From a virus: 64,000 nt of DNA. Under the pieces are notes generated by a model, which did not search any database, was not told the DNA's origin, and worked only from the letters and a program-made list of their open reading frames with translations. The translations under genes and the position numbers were made by a program. This document shows, one piece after another, positions 15,301-21,456 of this stretch (positions are counted from its first letter, which is position 1; every line of letters begins with the position of its first letter). The stretch lies in the IMG/VR virus record IMGVR_UViG_3300025276_000021; one strand, written 5' to 3'.

Positions 15301-15818
15301 GCACTATCCACATCAGCATATCGAATATAAGCAGAGTCAATAGACACGTTATCAATATGGGCACTGTCAATATCGGCATATTGTATATAAGCACTATCAA
15401 CAGAAATATTATGAATATAGGCACTATCTGCTCCCAAATAAGTTATATGTGCTGAATCTGACATAAGGTTGTTAATGACTGCGCTATCAGCATCAAGAAA
15501 TCTAATGTAAGCAGAATCTATGCTTGCATTTGTAATTTCAGCACTATCTAATTTCAGATAGTCTAAGTTTCTGTCAGGTCCAAGTACAGCAACCATTCCC
15601 GCAGAAGCTATTCCTGGAGTAGAATTGAGTATTTCTGTAAATCTTTCTCCACCAATCACAGCTATTGCTGAGGCATCACCAGTAGAGTTAATTGCTGGAC
15701 CTATTCCAATATATAGTTGCTTTGAAGCGTCTGCATAAGAATATGCTAATTCACCAACTTTTAGTGATGCTGGAGTTAATAGATCGCCGGATCGTTTTAT
15801 TCGGATAATTGCTGGCAT
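390..15818 (-). CDS. Giant tail fibre/adhesin (5142 aa) with YadA-like head repeats and DSA repeats
   Basis: N-terminal IRIKRS...GELAYSY...LYIG attachment motif. Many (S/A)xAIG/xxAFG beta-roll repeats. Fibre motif APDALNTLVELASALGND. C-terminal LPVTATLGDEIRIID...NNITINRNG domain. Late promoter upstream. Confidence 0.85.
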   Translation of the reverse strand: MPAIIRIKRSGDLLTPASLKVGELAYSYADASKQLYIGIGPAINSTGDASAIAVIGGERFTEILNSTPGIASAGMVAVLGPDRNLDYLKLDSAEITNASIDSAYIRFLDADSAVINNLMSDSAHITYLGADSAYIHNISVDSAYIQYADIDSAHIDNVSIDSAYIRYADVDSAHIDNVSIDSAYVKFMDLDSGHIDNVTIDSAYVKYADIDSAHVDNLDVDSAHIDHATINYANIDSADISQVDIDSAYISRADIDSANIGQLTSDSAEITYATIHTSYQPLITGPSTITIDPSGIGDNTGKVLIKGDLQIDGDQTIVNSTVVSTNDKNILIADSAINDAAADGAGITVYGEPSAGIYGRASIYWDATENKWRTSVGIITPTIDADSGRIAKLSGSHVIYDSGTISQFTSDSAFITQNEGIVLNYNLGYIDKTFVDSMFWNFADEHRLIFTDNNNRLVQDSGLIYGSSVSANHGTDVGLQIGKKIVAGNAGAGGEGFAADADSGWYNTRITNDGTLTTNNLFAETLKIGDSSLGRNYSGTDRGVITPHTFYGIETTLDSFTSTLQNNTFKSDISKDSAIASRIAGEDISLVTIKSNADSNLLELRKDGSLNMTGDLFKDGEKYTAGGIFDKTPFGPAGDIADVQYVPDPAKVHGPTGIGSRVAIGKSNPKFDIDATGKTFSFSAQIASTALNPTPSGPIVYPLQPSAQNEILASLGYPTVSDDSDKSRLLFDTTQARFRAGYFDFTDIAGNEPSAFGGFSAAFGKNTRASIFSFAAGDTSRAYAPHSFSVGKTNRVGTFQANSGAYSIAIGKDNEVIDFQGPGNYAAYHWEPTFNSTNPTTGIAIGELNVVNADIGIAIGKLNLADSNNSIAIGSNNSVAELSIGIGNYNIVGGSASIAIGGEAGTPNVVSGNASYVLGKGHNVGANLSFAFGSGSTIATGNTNSFAFGKNLDIRGDNSVGFNLGVGTGSKTWVPTTADNFMSIQEGSVTIGSDSDLVEAGISVGVGNLLVKGDLIYEGSFFKRGPNGVENTNPWIDDGIQTTYSEPNKNLGVYTPAPNHILEITGDILVRGDYSSNYKNLVDHFDSAAGTSSFAQYRSAGGVNAAPSLFTYYPEGGILRAGQIIASQHSNDSMGAHSIGIGYKNKVIGDYSTVLGGNTSHAAGDYSMVANAFSTSKVDSLGSYSTVIGAFDGNIYGTKSIILGGQSVNIGGVGQSSQPSYSMILNSVSSQIDSTSDYSSMISAASGSRIKSQRNTIIGGAGAVTLEANYAAAFNVQGSTTISGTYATALNASGTIEGSRAIAIGGTNHTISGSRSISIGGNNTKIIGANSVSIAMGTGSNHIKGSYSVFIGEGNKDSDRSSLNGTTGTRSGNFFIGRDNIVDSAAHNLQNAYVIGKDNRIATTLSKPVFLLGQKTTLTNPPGGHANQIVLSNPTSSNLVGESNNTKVAIGRSYARGALDVSGGTIHFGYKSGVMTDGTGVSGTPLIVPGDSYDATIYVNDIELRDYIFGIEPVDIEIVPEPVALPLSTVIDIEQSNPAVVVVQNTNGLLTIGKTIQFELPAVSTIGQFLNDSIYTISAIGPQGDSFSLRDITDTTNVSTLKGTSRSKLSAGVITLNNTGDPATDNYDPSFWGAVSGTSIPFGAYLKLQPKPVISVAPSRFKNSVIIDSDLIVKGTTTLGDSLSVAKDVIVNGNYLDVTSGYIKGGNYLDIASYGKFGDSITAGGDLTIAGSLTGATFGEFSDSITAGGDLTIAGSLTGATFGEFSDSITAGGDLTIGGSLTGATFGEFSDSITAGGDLTIAGSLTGATTALFGDSVYITGKLTVAGSVHWLDDTDNDSFYIGYNALGNPMSLDSFVVRPGSAIYNAVFDMFDTDYVQQRVDSENNWRVLPDALVYNPNDEPKAVAIGLSNDQAWTGQYKTMADGATNVGTFQTTAYQQSTSFNKGNLSGGTGDSIGLDVQGRLNVRTNPFNMNKAMYKNGVYNGGTPPIMANGEGWPSKSWMIQENYLDQTHIRAQFDSALYKSFIDSSYILSAADSAWIQHVLVPNTPYDDTNWIKQDGGGGITASWIQAQIDSAFVISVWDSDYYWKHDSFNAVYIGAPHPVTGDDEANSFRYDGKLKIAINKTGREATHNLDVLGSGNFDSDLEVKGDVYFENMLSVGSYSGLDNIGANENKIVGTKGLYVGDSTHLRGGLLVLGHDNVLDSEYTFTFDSSYLNLRQAKTLNTVELQTQIGNPDAGADEQHVSFLFNDSVDDRYTRIVRVDSNGNSSVLVQGVHYDSLGNTALFDSAIYGIGGVYNALKTHINYSKTVYVLETALATNDISATANSRWMYPDTTSTRNTIILAAKKYDDAGVLQDKDSNLIDDNGDSLDINAGISLHGVNDPIVKLLDSLGNFKGQLTNDNNRDFKIINNQYIEIYDDLRLSSEPFPGGNSAAVSDSLGTIKLGDKFIIQDYSVKLTSETNIFGPTNLYGEVVLGSAAMATAAKPGYPHIGSRFTTHDSFIVKGGMRFESNATGTLEFFQDVHVDSQSTWFFGPSKTITNSTIVPAVLEDKQESDGSGTLSGRVESDGGPNLTNSFVQGTPTGVIHLRTEKDGYGHYSNIIAASTIDSSYNLAKGMDSHIIDNLAAAANTTIKQLTMDPNGVMYYGAIQNISSSAFKQDSDGIGNSLGKIESDGTFDGTLGPWYDPTNADPAIAARNPDSAGNPRRTVVTTVTGKQATLDSYVVRVLESLPLNDIPTLTLSLPVTIHDSVYNRTLTVEDSIDAGGNIKAGGNIDVGGKSFFKDDIDVDSQGSVFVSNPMYYFKHESDGTGSGIKTVFPPNTYNQYHSTLKHVRAQKFFETSVNYQTFFTTEGDAQNVMYKIESDGSPVFGGKAYTTPTGKLHHVLNADGTRKILRVDVDDHIARIVDSDYIGTRLETPWNIEQTGSQKKIYYDEEGAVIIGPKNTLLATDDFTKFIVDSGNAVFLSSILEADQNNPIRGSIPNYNSASSMMWFGTRGALRIGALDYATSADFWKDSNVGFKSIAIGSNTRAGHHSTALGNDTKAGVTFDETVSGSVNRTHAVSIGQTIINENFGSVALGQGITNTDVNTVHRFSTNNIVSIGQTIFSYGANNLSIGATINTPTANLAANIVSIGKGLTTLTTNADNSILIGKDVSISKTALAIGYTINTTNALNSTIMGHTITTNNAASSIVMGRNFSIDNAANSVFVGASNFSSQRGSEVVSIGRNNITTTTSARRSVVVGTGAKSTRSDAVAVGNNAVVNSAQAVAVGKDVEVQTRGSHGVVIGRNSKVNSHYGSSIGYDVEVTGSSNATGIGRQIYAAGGGTAIGNSLYATSGGLAIGQNVYAYGANGLALGRSVKSGNSGVVIGEGSLINGTNAVSIGKGNSAASSNGVAIGRSNKTTGNSGVAIGMNNLASGGTAFASGHGSVASGTQSTAIGYRTLASGRLSVSVGRNNTVGTNSTGVGSSNTVGTNYIVIGHGNSTSSSGNYEYTVGTYNTGNVDTNVVGRSNTGNNSSEIFGNSNTGNYRVTIFGHSNTASTSSTNNNLESMVYGRANTVAGYNGIAFGSSNQVSYSGQAFGKSNTTDGGIAFGHNNTASTSNSFSSAFGRLNNAASDGIAFGRSNTVTNNAIAFGRDITAANNAIAIGRNISADGLNTISLGHNVSTAATATNSVSIGLGSTQVTSSTPDTLSIQGGTVIIGQDVVNTVPSSPTLNSSTKSVTTSNGAWSNTDIGLEVYGNINVCGDVGGRNNQFFVQGMRLYDYIRQIASDSDHIKFIADSDYIHSAVTKEYLRQTQTDDMFFQNDNSGPTGDLLYNGQGAVGIGLDKSSFDNNPNYLRYPPNGFDYKPAIPYKLDVKGNVNLDGLTYQGDVILPLVQEDAVYLNHVTEAYTISISEESATLWFDSTYINERASFGGNPLHANDSVAVFEMIDADYINDRVDTTPWPSFEDLQERLDSAIDPSMIAFRVNGPSPKFGNDYPITPTGWTQFTNPSAFEALYNTKVGIGKSPYDVTLISGNTIVQGTELIDFLGKTTPGASNAGLGVGGKVVISGPQDPAGFVEKAALEIWNGHIEINGEKLQITNVFEEGSTYTVYDNTKFLGIGKTTPAFELDVAGKINADDGVFINSVNIVDLLDSDYVKTVASYEWIRELADSDYIHSAADSDHISTIVNENYLKEIIDSAYIHSAADSDHIKFIADSAYILGTDLKSVIDSAYILSAADSAYVLGTDLKSVIDSAYILSAADSAYVLGTDLKSVIDSAYILSAADSAYVKTVADSAYILSAADSAYILSAADSGYIQSVLNSAHNVIPAAHEIYDLGSPTRAWRDLHLSGNTINLGGISLSSSPTGISIADENGIASKVIGIDSNAASNMIDSAYVQSRANITWIKSVADSAYILSADLKSVIDSAYITSISNIFVDSAYVQSRQEAASASDIANVVTTAYINTAIGIGTSDIDFGANKIAYSNNYPTIASMPSPSTYEGMFAMQAGKPRVAQGGSWNVLPTEDFVRTIADSAVNGLVGAAPDALNTLVELASALGNDSNFSTTITNSIADKLPLAGGTLTGDLNLGSNKVLYSNVYSTEGDLPSASTYHGMFAHVHGTQKAYYSHAGNWIQLANASDIDSAYINARVVIPPAFDSADASFVAGNLVDSAYVNARVVIPAAFDSADASFVAGNLVDSAYIQARVSAGTDSAAIVNLIDSAYIGARVTVSEETVANTVDSAYIQARVGTTTGFDIYKYTATQNQTVFTGNDENGIALEFLATNNSPLVYFNGALLRFNDDYTRTGTDTVTLNTAADSTDEITIMGFKNATGSVVYNTTTQVAYTKPKFVNYKFEADSGSTVFTGTDVNGINASFDADKIQVFNNGIRLVLGADYSVTATNTITTTYGLDSGDEIIINAIVHGTELYDASILDSADIIEIAGGSSGGGLTVSDTAPASPEEGQMWFDPEALETYVYYTDDNATSQWVKANPSGASSVVSLIDSAYINARVSSGSSGTDSASVIGLIDSAYINARVVIPAAFDSADVVGIVDSAYISARTSAPNSWSEVTSTVTVTAGQRLILDTSTAIVVNLPVTATLGDEIRIIDGTGNASTNNITINRNGHKIEASDSDLTIDVDRAAFGLVYYNTANGWLFTEK
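2920..3350 (-). repeat. Intragenic tandem repeats (about 69-bp unit, DSAYILSAADSAYVLGTDLKSVI, plus shorter 27-bp subunits)
   Basis: Near-identical DNA copies of gcggcacttaaaatatatgcactatcaataacagattttaaatct. Confidence 0.85.
10396..10667 (-). repeat. About four tandem 72-bp repeats (DSITAGGDLTIAGSLTGATFGEFS)
   Basis: Almost exact DNA repeats of caatagttagatcgcctccggctgtaatactatcactaaactcgccaaatgtagcaccag. Confidence 0.9.
15010..15550 (-). repeat. Decapeptide repeats (xDSA[YH]Ixxxx) near the N-terminus of the giant fibre
   Basis: About 18 DSA/DSG units with 10-aa periodicity in the translation. Confidence 0.8.
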
Positions 15819-15849
15819 AAAAACTTTACCTTAAATTTAGATTCAATTG

Positions 15850-15857
15850 TATTTATA
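15850..15857 (-). promoter_or_regulatory. T4-type late promoter TATAAATA
   Basis: Exact TATAAATA on the minus strand, about 32 nt upstream of the giant fibre start. Confidence 0.75.
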
Positions 15858-15861
15858 CAAA

Positions 15862-16101
15862 CTAGAAGCCTTCTCCCGCATCAATGATCTGTTTATCCAA
15901 TAAAATACTGGCATCATATTGTCCAGATATTGGATTGTAAACCAATAGTTGACCATCCGCAGCGACATTGTTCGGTGCATTAACATTTTGCAATTCACCT
16001 AGGTCTGATACAACTCTAATTTGCGCGACCTGAGGAACAGGAGTGCCCACAACAACCCTTTTGATAATTGTGTTGGAACTTACTACTTTTACATTTGACA
16101 T
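15862..16101 (-). CDS. Small hypothetical virion protein
   Basis: 79-aa ORF with an RBS inside the structural operon. The LGELQNVN...DGQLLVYN motif is typical of fibre repeats. Confidence 0.65.
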   Translation of the reverse strand: MSNVKVVSSNTIIKRVVVGTPVPQVAQIRVVSDLGELQNVNAPNNVAADGQLLVYNPISGQYDASILLDKQIIDAGEGF

Positions 16102-16110
16102 TTTTTTCTC

Positions 16111-16497
16111 CTAAGATATGCCCGGCGTGACTGTGAGGGTGCCCTCTAATATCCTCTCCACTATATTAGAATTTGTCGCAGAATCAATACTTGTTATTTC
16201 AACGTCATAGACGTATCTACCGGGTTTCATAGTTTCTGTCTGAATATTAGTTAGCGATAGTTGTAAAATATTAGGATTATTCAAATCTAAAAATGAAGTA
16301 TTAAAAGAAACGAAAGTTGCAGAATCCGCTGTATAACTTTTCGCTACTTTACCCGAAGCAGTAAATGGAGCAATTGTTGCACCAGTATTAGGATCAAGTT
16401 TTTTAAATTTTTTCTCGCTGCCGTCTGTGTTGAAACACTCTAGGCTTATCATAATATCGCTACCTTGATCAACCATAATATCTTCCGATTGTGCCAT
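16111..16497 (-). CDS. Conserved T4-like virion structural protein (Ig-like adaptor)
   Basis: VDQGSD...PGRYVYDVEI...RILEGTLTVTPG pattern. AGGAGA RBS. Confidence 0.7.
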   Translation of the reverse strand: MAQSEDIMVDQGSDIMISLECFNTDGSEKKFKKLDPNTGATIAPFTASGKVAKSYTADSATFVSFNTSFLDLNNPNILQLSLTNIQTETMKPGRYVYDVEITSIDSATNSNIVERILEGTLTVTPGIS

Positions 16498-16507
16498 TTA
16501 TTATCTC

Positions 16508-17785
16508 CTATGTAAATGTTGGTGTGTCTGGATCAAGCCCTGATGATGGGGTAATATGAGGACCATAATCACCATCAAAAAACATAATTCTTACAAAAGC
16601 GTCACCACCAGACTCTGACGCATATGGACCATAATTAGCGTATTGGCCCTCGCCGCCAAAACCATATCCAGTAGCAAAGCCTGCTCTGCCCATAAATGCG
16701 TTAACGCCTTGCGACCGCCAATAACCGCCAGAAGGTTGAGTATTAGACCATAAACGAATTTTATTCACACTGTATATTTCATAACCTCTCCCGCGAAGTT
16801 TATTTGAGAGTTGATCACTCGCTAAAAACCCTGCCGCTGCGCCACCATAACCACCTTTGCTGTTAATTCCATAAGCAGATGTATTGCCTCCGACTACGAG
16901 ACGTCCCGTCCCGTAGTCCTCACGGTACGCATATGGAACATAACCCATACCGCCTTGTCCACCATTTAGCCATATATCAGAGCCATTAGTTCCATTACTT
17001 CCACTATTATTATCAGCAGATGGACTATATAAAGTTCTTGTGTTCCCTCCGAAATAATCCGCACCAACGTCATAGTCTGCTATTAATTTCGATTTCGATT
17101 GTGAAGCCAGTCCTCCAGGAACTCTCAACGCATAGGTCGTGTTCACTTTAACATAAGTCTCTGCGCCGTTATTATTATTTCCACCATTGCTGTACTGTGT
17201 TCCAAAAGTTCCTCTGGAACCAGCGATGGCGTTATTATCATAGACGCCGCCGGAGCTGGCACCACCTGCTCCGACTTGGATATTGATTACATCACCGCCC
17301 GAAACTTGCTGTTGAAATTTTATTGCATATGCGCCGCCATTACCACCAGTGGCTGCTGAACCACCAAAAGTGCTCTCTTGTTGACCACTACCCCAACCGC
17401 CGGGTGGACTAATTAGCGCCATACCAACTGTACCACTGCCACCAGAACCTTGAATGATTATTCTCATATGTTTATAGCCGCTATTTTGGGGTATCTGAAA
17501 ACTATGTGGCGTGGTGACCCCTACCGAAGAACAAAAAAAATGTTCATCCCAAAATGGCCGGACGCTAAAATTGCCTAAAGATATTTTTCCAGATTCTGGA
17601 ACACCATACTCATTACTTCCCAAAAGATATGCACCGTCTGAGTCTGATACAAGTCCACCGCCCTTGTAATAACTAGAAAGGCTTACAGGTGAACTTCCAC
17701 CAAAATGGGTCTGTAGTTCACTTAATCGTAAATCATCTCCAAATAAAGGATACTGATTATTGGGTATAAAACGTCTAGTTGCCAT
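16508..17785 (-). CDS. Glycine-rich fibre-tip/receptor-binding adhesin (gp38-like role)
   Basis: N-terminal LSELQTHFGGSSPVSLSSYY...VPESGKISLGNF motif and Gly-rich loops. It overlaps the S74-chaperone fibre gene. Confidence 0.6.
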   Translation of the reverse strand: MATRRFIPNNQYPLFGDDLRLSELQTHFGGSSPVSLSSYYKGGGLVSDSDGAYLLGSNEYGVPESGKISLGNFSVRPFWDEHFFCSSVGVTTPHSFQIPQNSGYKHMRIIIQGSGGSGTVGMALISPPGGWGSGQQESTFGGSAATGGNGGAYAIKFQQQVSGGDVINIQVGAGGASSGGVYDNNAIAGSRGTFGTQYSNGGNNNNGAETYVKVNTTYALRVPGGLASQSKSKLIADYDVGADYFGGNTRTLYSPSADNNSGSNGTNGSDIWLNGGQGGMGYVPYAYREDYGTGRLVVGGNTSAYGINSKGGYGGAAAGFLASDQLSNKLRGRGYEIYSVNKIRLWSNTQPSGGYWRSQGVNAFMGRAGFATGYGFGGEGQYANYGPYASESGGDAFVRIMFFDGDYGPHITPSSGLDPDTPTFT

Positions 17786-19001
17786 TTACTTTTTCTTTTA
17801 ATTCATTAATATCAGATTTTAAGTCTTTGATTGCTTCAATAATTAAACCCATCATGTTACCATAACGAACAGCTTTATATTCACCATCAAATTCATAAAC
17901 AACTTCTGGTAAAACAGATTCAACTTCATCTGCCATGACACCTGTCATTTTTTCTTCACGACCAATATAGTTAAATGTGTACCCAGAAAGAGTCATTACT
18001 TTGTCAATAGCATTGTCAATGACTTCTATATTTTCTTTGAGTTTTCTATCAGACGCACTATTGAACGCGGTAATATCACCATTAGATGTAATTGCACTAT
18101 CAGCATGTAATGTTGATGAGAGGGATAATGAAACACCATTATCACCTACGTCTGATCTTAAATATTTTGGATCAGTTAGAGTTGCAATCATTGTTGCAGA
18201 ATCTATTCCAGGAGGGGATCTTTCTATGATATAATCGCTATCAATTATAGCAACAACTCTACCGCCAGTAAAATAAAGATTTGTTCCTTCTGTTATAGCT
18301 GTAGTCGTTTGAGCAGGCATTGTAAAAGACATAATGCCAGTGCTGTTATCATAAGATAAACTACCAGTTGCGCTAATTGATGCTCTTGCCCTCGCTATAG
18401 TATGATAAAGATTAGTTGAACCTTCTGTAATTGTATCTGTATTGCCTTGTGTAAAAGATATAACACCAGTGCTGTTATTATAAAATAGACTGCCAGTTGC
18501 ACTAATTGCATTTTTAGCATCACTATCTGCCCTAGATGTTGTGTAATAGAGATTCGTACCCTCAACTAATTCGCCCGTGGACTCTACCACCGAGGGTGGA
18601 ACATAAGTGAACACTCCAGTGCCGCTATAACTTAAAGTGCTAGTAGGACCAGATGGTGCAGATTGAATTACAGAGATATCAGAAAATCTAGGGACATCTA
18701 AAATTCCATAACCATCCCTACTAGTCGGGGTAGTTGTTATAGACGAAAATGCTGGAGCTGTATTTGTTACAGATCCCACAGGCGAGCTATTGATTATATT
18801 AAAAATATACGAAGAGTCAACTAAAGCTGTAACCCCGGAGTCATTTAAAGCACCCACATTATTATAGAATGAGCTTAGTTCACCTAAGGCAACTCTCGCT
18901 GTTCCATGAGTTCCCACACTTACCCCACTCACAAGTACAAAATTTGAGTTTGAAGTTAAGTTTCCCGAAACTTCTGTTGGTAAATCGACTACTCTAACCA
19001 T
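17775..19001 (-). CDS. Tail fibre with C-terminal peptidase S74 intramolecular chaperone
   Basis: SDRKLKENI...GVMADEVESVLPEVV...VRYGNMMGLIIEAIKDL. EGxxNLYYT shaft repeats. Confidence 0.85.
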   Translation of the reverse strand: MVRVVDLPTEVSGNLTSNSNFVLVSGVSVGTHGTARVALGELSSFYNNVGALNDSGVTALVDSSYIFNIINSSPVGSVTNTAPAFSSITTTPTSRDGYGILDVPRFSDISVIQSAPSGPTSTLSYSGTGVFTYVPPSVVESTGELVEGTNLYYTTSRADSDAKNAISATGSLFYNNSTGVISFTQGNTDTITEGSTNLYHTIARARASISATGSLSYDNSTGIMSFTMPAQTTTAITEGTNLYFTGGRVVAIIDSDYIIERSPPGIDSATMIATLTDPKYLRSDVGDNGVSLSLSSTLHADSAITSNGDITAFNSASDRKLKENIEVIDNAIDKVMTLSGYTFNYIGREEKMTGVMADEVESVLPEVVYEFDGEYKAVRYGNMMGLIIEAIKDLKSDINELKEKVNGN

Positions 19002-19056
19002 CTGTTATCTTTCTTTTTTATCGTCTATATATTTTCGTAAGGCCAGTTTGCTTTAA

Positions 19057-21453
19057 TTAATCTCTTTCAATCTCGAAACTACCACTAATAGATACACCAC
19101 TTCCTAAAGTACAATCTTCTGTAGTTGTTTCTTTAGTAGCATGACTGTATGTTCCTCCTTGATATATTACTCTTGGAGTTGCACCATGCAGAGCTTCTAC
19201 ATAATAATTTGCTGTTGGGGTAATACTTTCTGTCATATTGTACATATCAGTTTGATTCTGTAGTGTTCCTAGCCAAGTTTTTACATCTGACCATGTCCAA
19301 TCTCTGTTTAATTCCAATATTGTAGCAATCAATCCTGTCGCTACAGGAGTTGCAGCACTAGTGCCGCTGAATCTTCCATCTCTACTTACCGCAGGCGAAC
19401 CAGTTTGTCCGTCACTCCAACTTGTACCACCACTTTTACTCGCATATGTGTTATCATATCTAGGGATATCAGTACCATAATATCCGGGAATTGCAGCCAA
19501 AGTTCCGTCAGCTGGTGCAAACAGGTCTATATTATTTCCCATATCGCTGTAATTTACTTTGCGCTCTTTTGTACCAGTAGCATACTGATCATCTAGACCG
19601 CCTACAATAATTACTGGACTTGTTCTATTTCCTGTCTGTACCTTTATAATACCCTGCATTGAGCTATGGGTGCCACAATTATAATAATACTGGTCACCAG
19701 TAAGAGTTGATTTCGTTCTCTGATTAGGTGTCCAACTACATGTACCGTACAGGGAGCCTTGTCCTGTTGCCGTGGGGTGATTTACTTGGTTTTGATGGCC
19801 AGTTCCACTATGATACTTGATATAAAAATTATTAGGGCTGGGGGCACTTACATTAAAATTTACAGTATCGCCTCGATTAATATAAACAGTAGGATTGGTT
19901 CCGCTTACAGATCCGTTTCTGTCTGTGCCATTTAATTGCCAAGTGTTACTGCTAACTGATACTGAAATATTAAATGTTTGTGGATCTCCCCAAGTTGATC
20001 CTGCCTGTTGTGGGAAACCTGGTCTGTTTATAGTTGGCATTGCAAGTGTGCCATTGGCTGTCACTTGACCGTCTCCAAAATGTCCTGAATTGGTGGAATG
20101 CCAATAGTTATCATAGTCTGGATGATCCCATTTGACTTGTTTTTGATTGCTATTTCCTGCGGCAACAGTTGTAATAACACCAGCATCTATCATTTCCTTT
20201 GCGCTAGTGACCATGGCACTATCGAAAAATTCACTTTTAATTCTACCTGAATCGCCGTAATTACCTATAAGGTTCATAAACGCTGGTGCGCCTGCTTTTG
20301 ATGTAAAGTATATTCCTGAAGATATTCTATGAAATGCGTATGCTGTAGTTGGATGCCACGCTCTATATCCCCAACTATTTGAAGATATTGTTGGATCTTT
20401 AGTTCCGTATTTTGGATTTATAGGTTTTGCTAGATGGAATATTTTTTGAATGTCCCATATTTTATCAATTCCTGCACTCCGAGAACTAAATGCGTCAAGG
20501 ACCCATTTGTTAGCATTATATGACCAGCCATGCGTTCTACCAAATAATTGACTTCCACACTGTGTACCATGTGTGGCATCATAGGGTAATGTGTTAAAAT
20601 CTCCTAGTGTATTCTCTCTTGTACAGAGACTAGTTATAGATACTGTTCCGTAACTAGCGAAGGCAGAACTTCTACTACCTGTACTACCCCACCAACTTAT
20701 AGCCGCAGCATTAGTTGGTACTGTAGTTCCGTCCCATCTGGTTTCTAGTCTAGTTCCTGGTGAAGCATTAAACCAATCTGGATCAATATAGTATGGACCA
20801 TCATGCACAAGAGATAATAAATCAGAAATGCCATCACCAGGCAATAAATTACCACCTACATAGTCTGTAGGCGACTCACCAGCTGGTCTATTATTGATAA
20901 ATTCTATATGTCCTGCCCATGTACCGTTATCTGCAACTACTATATCAACATCTTTTCCCGTGCCGTATTTTTCAATATTTGAGTTCGTAGTGGTCGTATC
21001 GCTTGTCCATATATCTCTTTTATTCTTAGGTCCATTTTCTCTTGTAGTTCTTAACAACTGGTATCCACATCTACGCAAATCCGCACTAGTAGGGCTTGAA
21101 GGATAGTCAGACGCACTTGAGAACCGATTCCTGTGTTTAACTGGCTCGTTATATCTCCACGTAGTTTCTATTGAACAATGTAATTCATCAGAAGGTGGCT
21201 GAGTAAACTCTTCCCTGTAGTTATCTGGGTTTTTGTGTATAAACGCAATCTGAGGATTTTGTTCTAACTCTGCAGCTTCTTCCTCACTTAACCAAAATAC
21301 ACCTCTTGTAGGGCTGTGTAGTATATCATCTGTTTGACTAACTGCTCTTGCTACATAAGTTGGATCATCAGCATCACGCAAACTAACATCTAATGCATCA
21401 TATTGTTCTTTTGTATGTGTACCTAATTGATAATGAAATTCTGACATAATCAA
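19057..21453 (-). CDS. Subtilisin-like (S8) serine protease with an inserted cupredoxin-like domain
   Basis: Catalytic motifs VDIVVADNG (Asp), HGTQCGS (His), AAGNS (oxyanion Asn) and SGTSAATP (Ser). Confidence 0.85.
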   Translation of the reverse strand: MIMSEFHYQLGTHTKEQYDALDVSLRDADDPTYVARAVSQTDDILHSPTRGVFWLSEEEAAELEQNPQIAFIHKNPDNYREEFTQPPSDELHCSIETTWRYNEPVKHRNRFSSASDYPSSPTSADLRRCGYQLLRTTRENGPKNKRDIWTSDTTTTNSNIEKYGTGKDVDIVVADNGTWAGHIEFINNRPAGESPTDYVGGNLLPGDGISDLLSLVHDGPYYIDPDWFNASPGTRLETRWDGTTVPTNAAAISWWGSTGSRSSAFASYGTVSITSLCTRENTLGDFNTLPYDATHGTQCGSQLFGRTHGWSYNANKWVLDAFSSRSAGIDKIWDIQKIFHLAKPINPKYGTKDPTISSNSWGYRAWHPTTAYAFHRISSGIYFTSKAGAPAFMNLIGNYGDSGRIKSEFFDSAMVTSAKEMIDAGVITTVAAGNSNQKQVKWDHPDYDNYWHSTNSGHFGDGQVTANGTLAMPTINRPGFPQQAGSTWGDPQTFNISVSVSSNTWQLNGTDRNGSVSGTNPTVYINRGDTVNFNVSAPSPNNFYIKYHSGTGHQNQVNHPTATGQGSLYGTCSWTPNQRTKSTLTGDQYYYNCGTHSSMQGIIKVQTGNRTSPVIIVGGLDDQYATGTKERKVNYSDMGNNIDLFAPADGTLAAIPGYYGTDIPRYDNTYASKSGGTSWSDGQTGSPAVSRDGRFSGTSAATPVATGLIATILELNRDWTWSDVKTWLGTLQNQTDMYNMTESITPTANYYVEALHGATPRVIYQGGTYSHATKETTTEDCTLGSGVSISGSFEIERD

Positions 21454-21456
21454 TCC

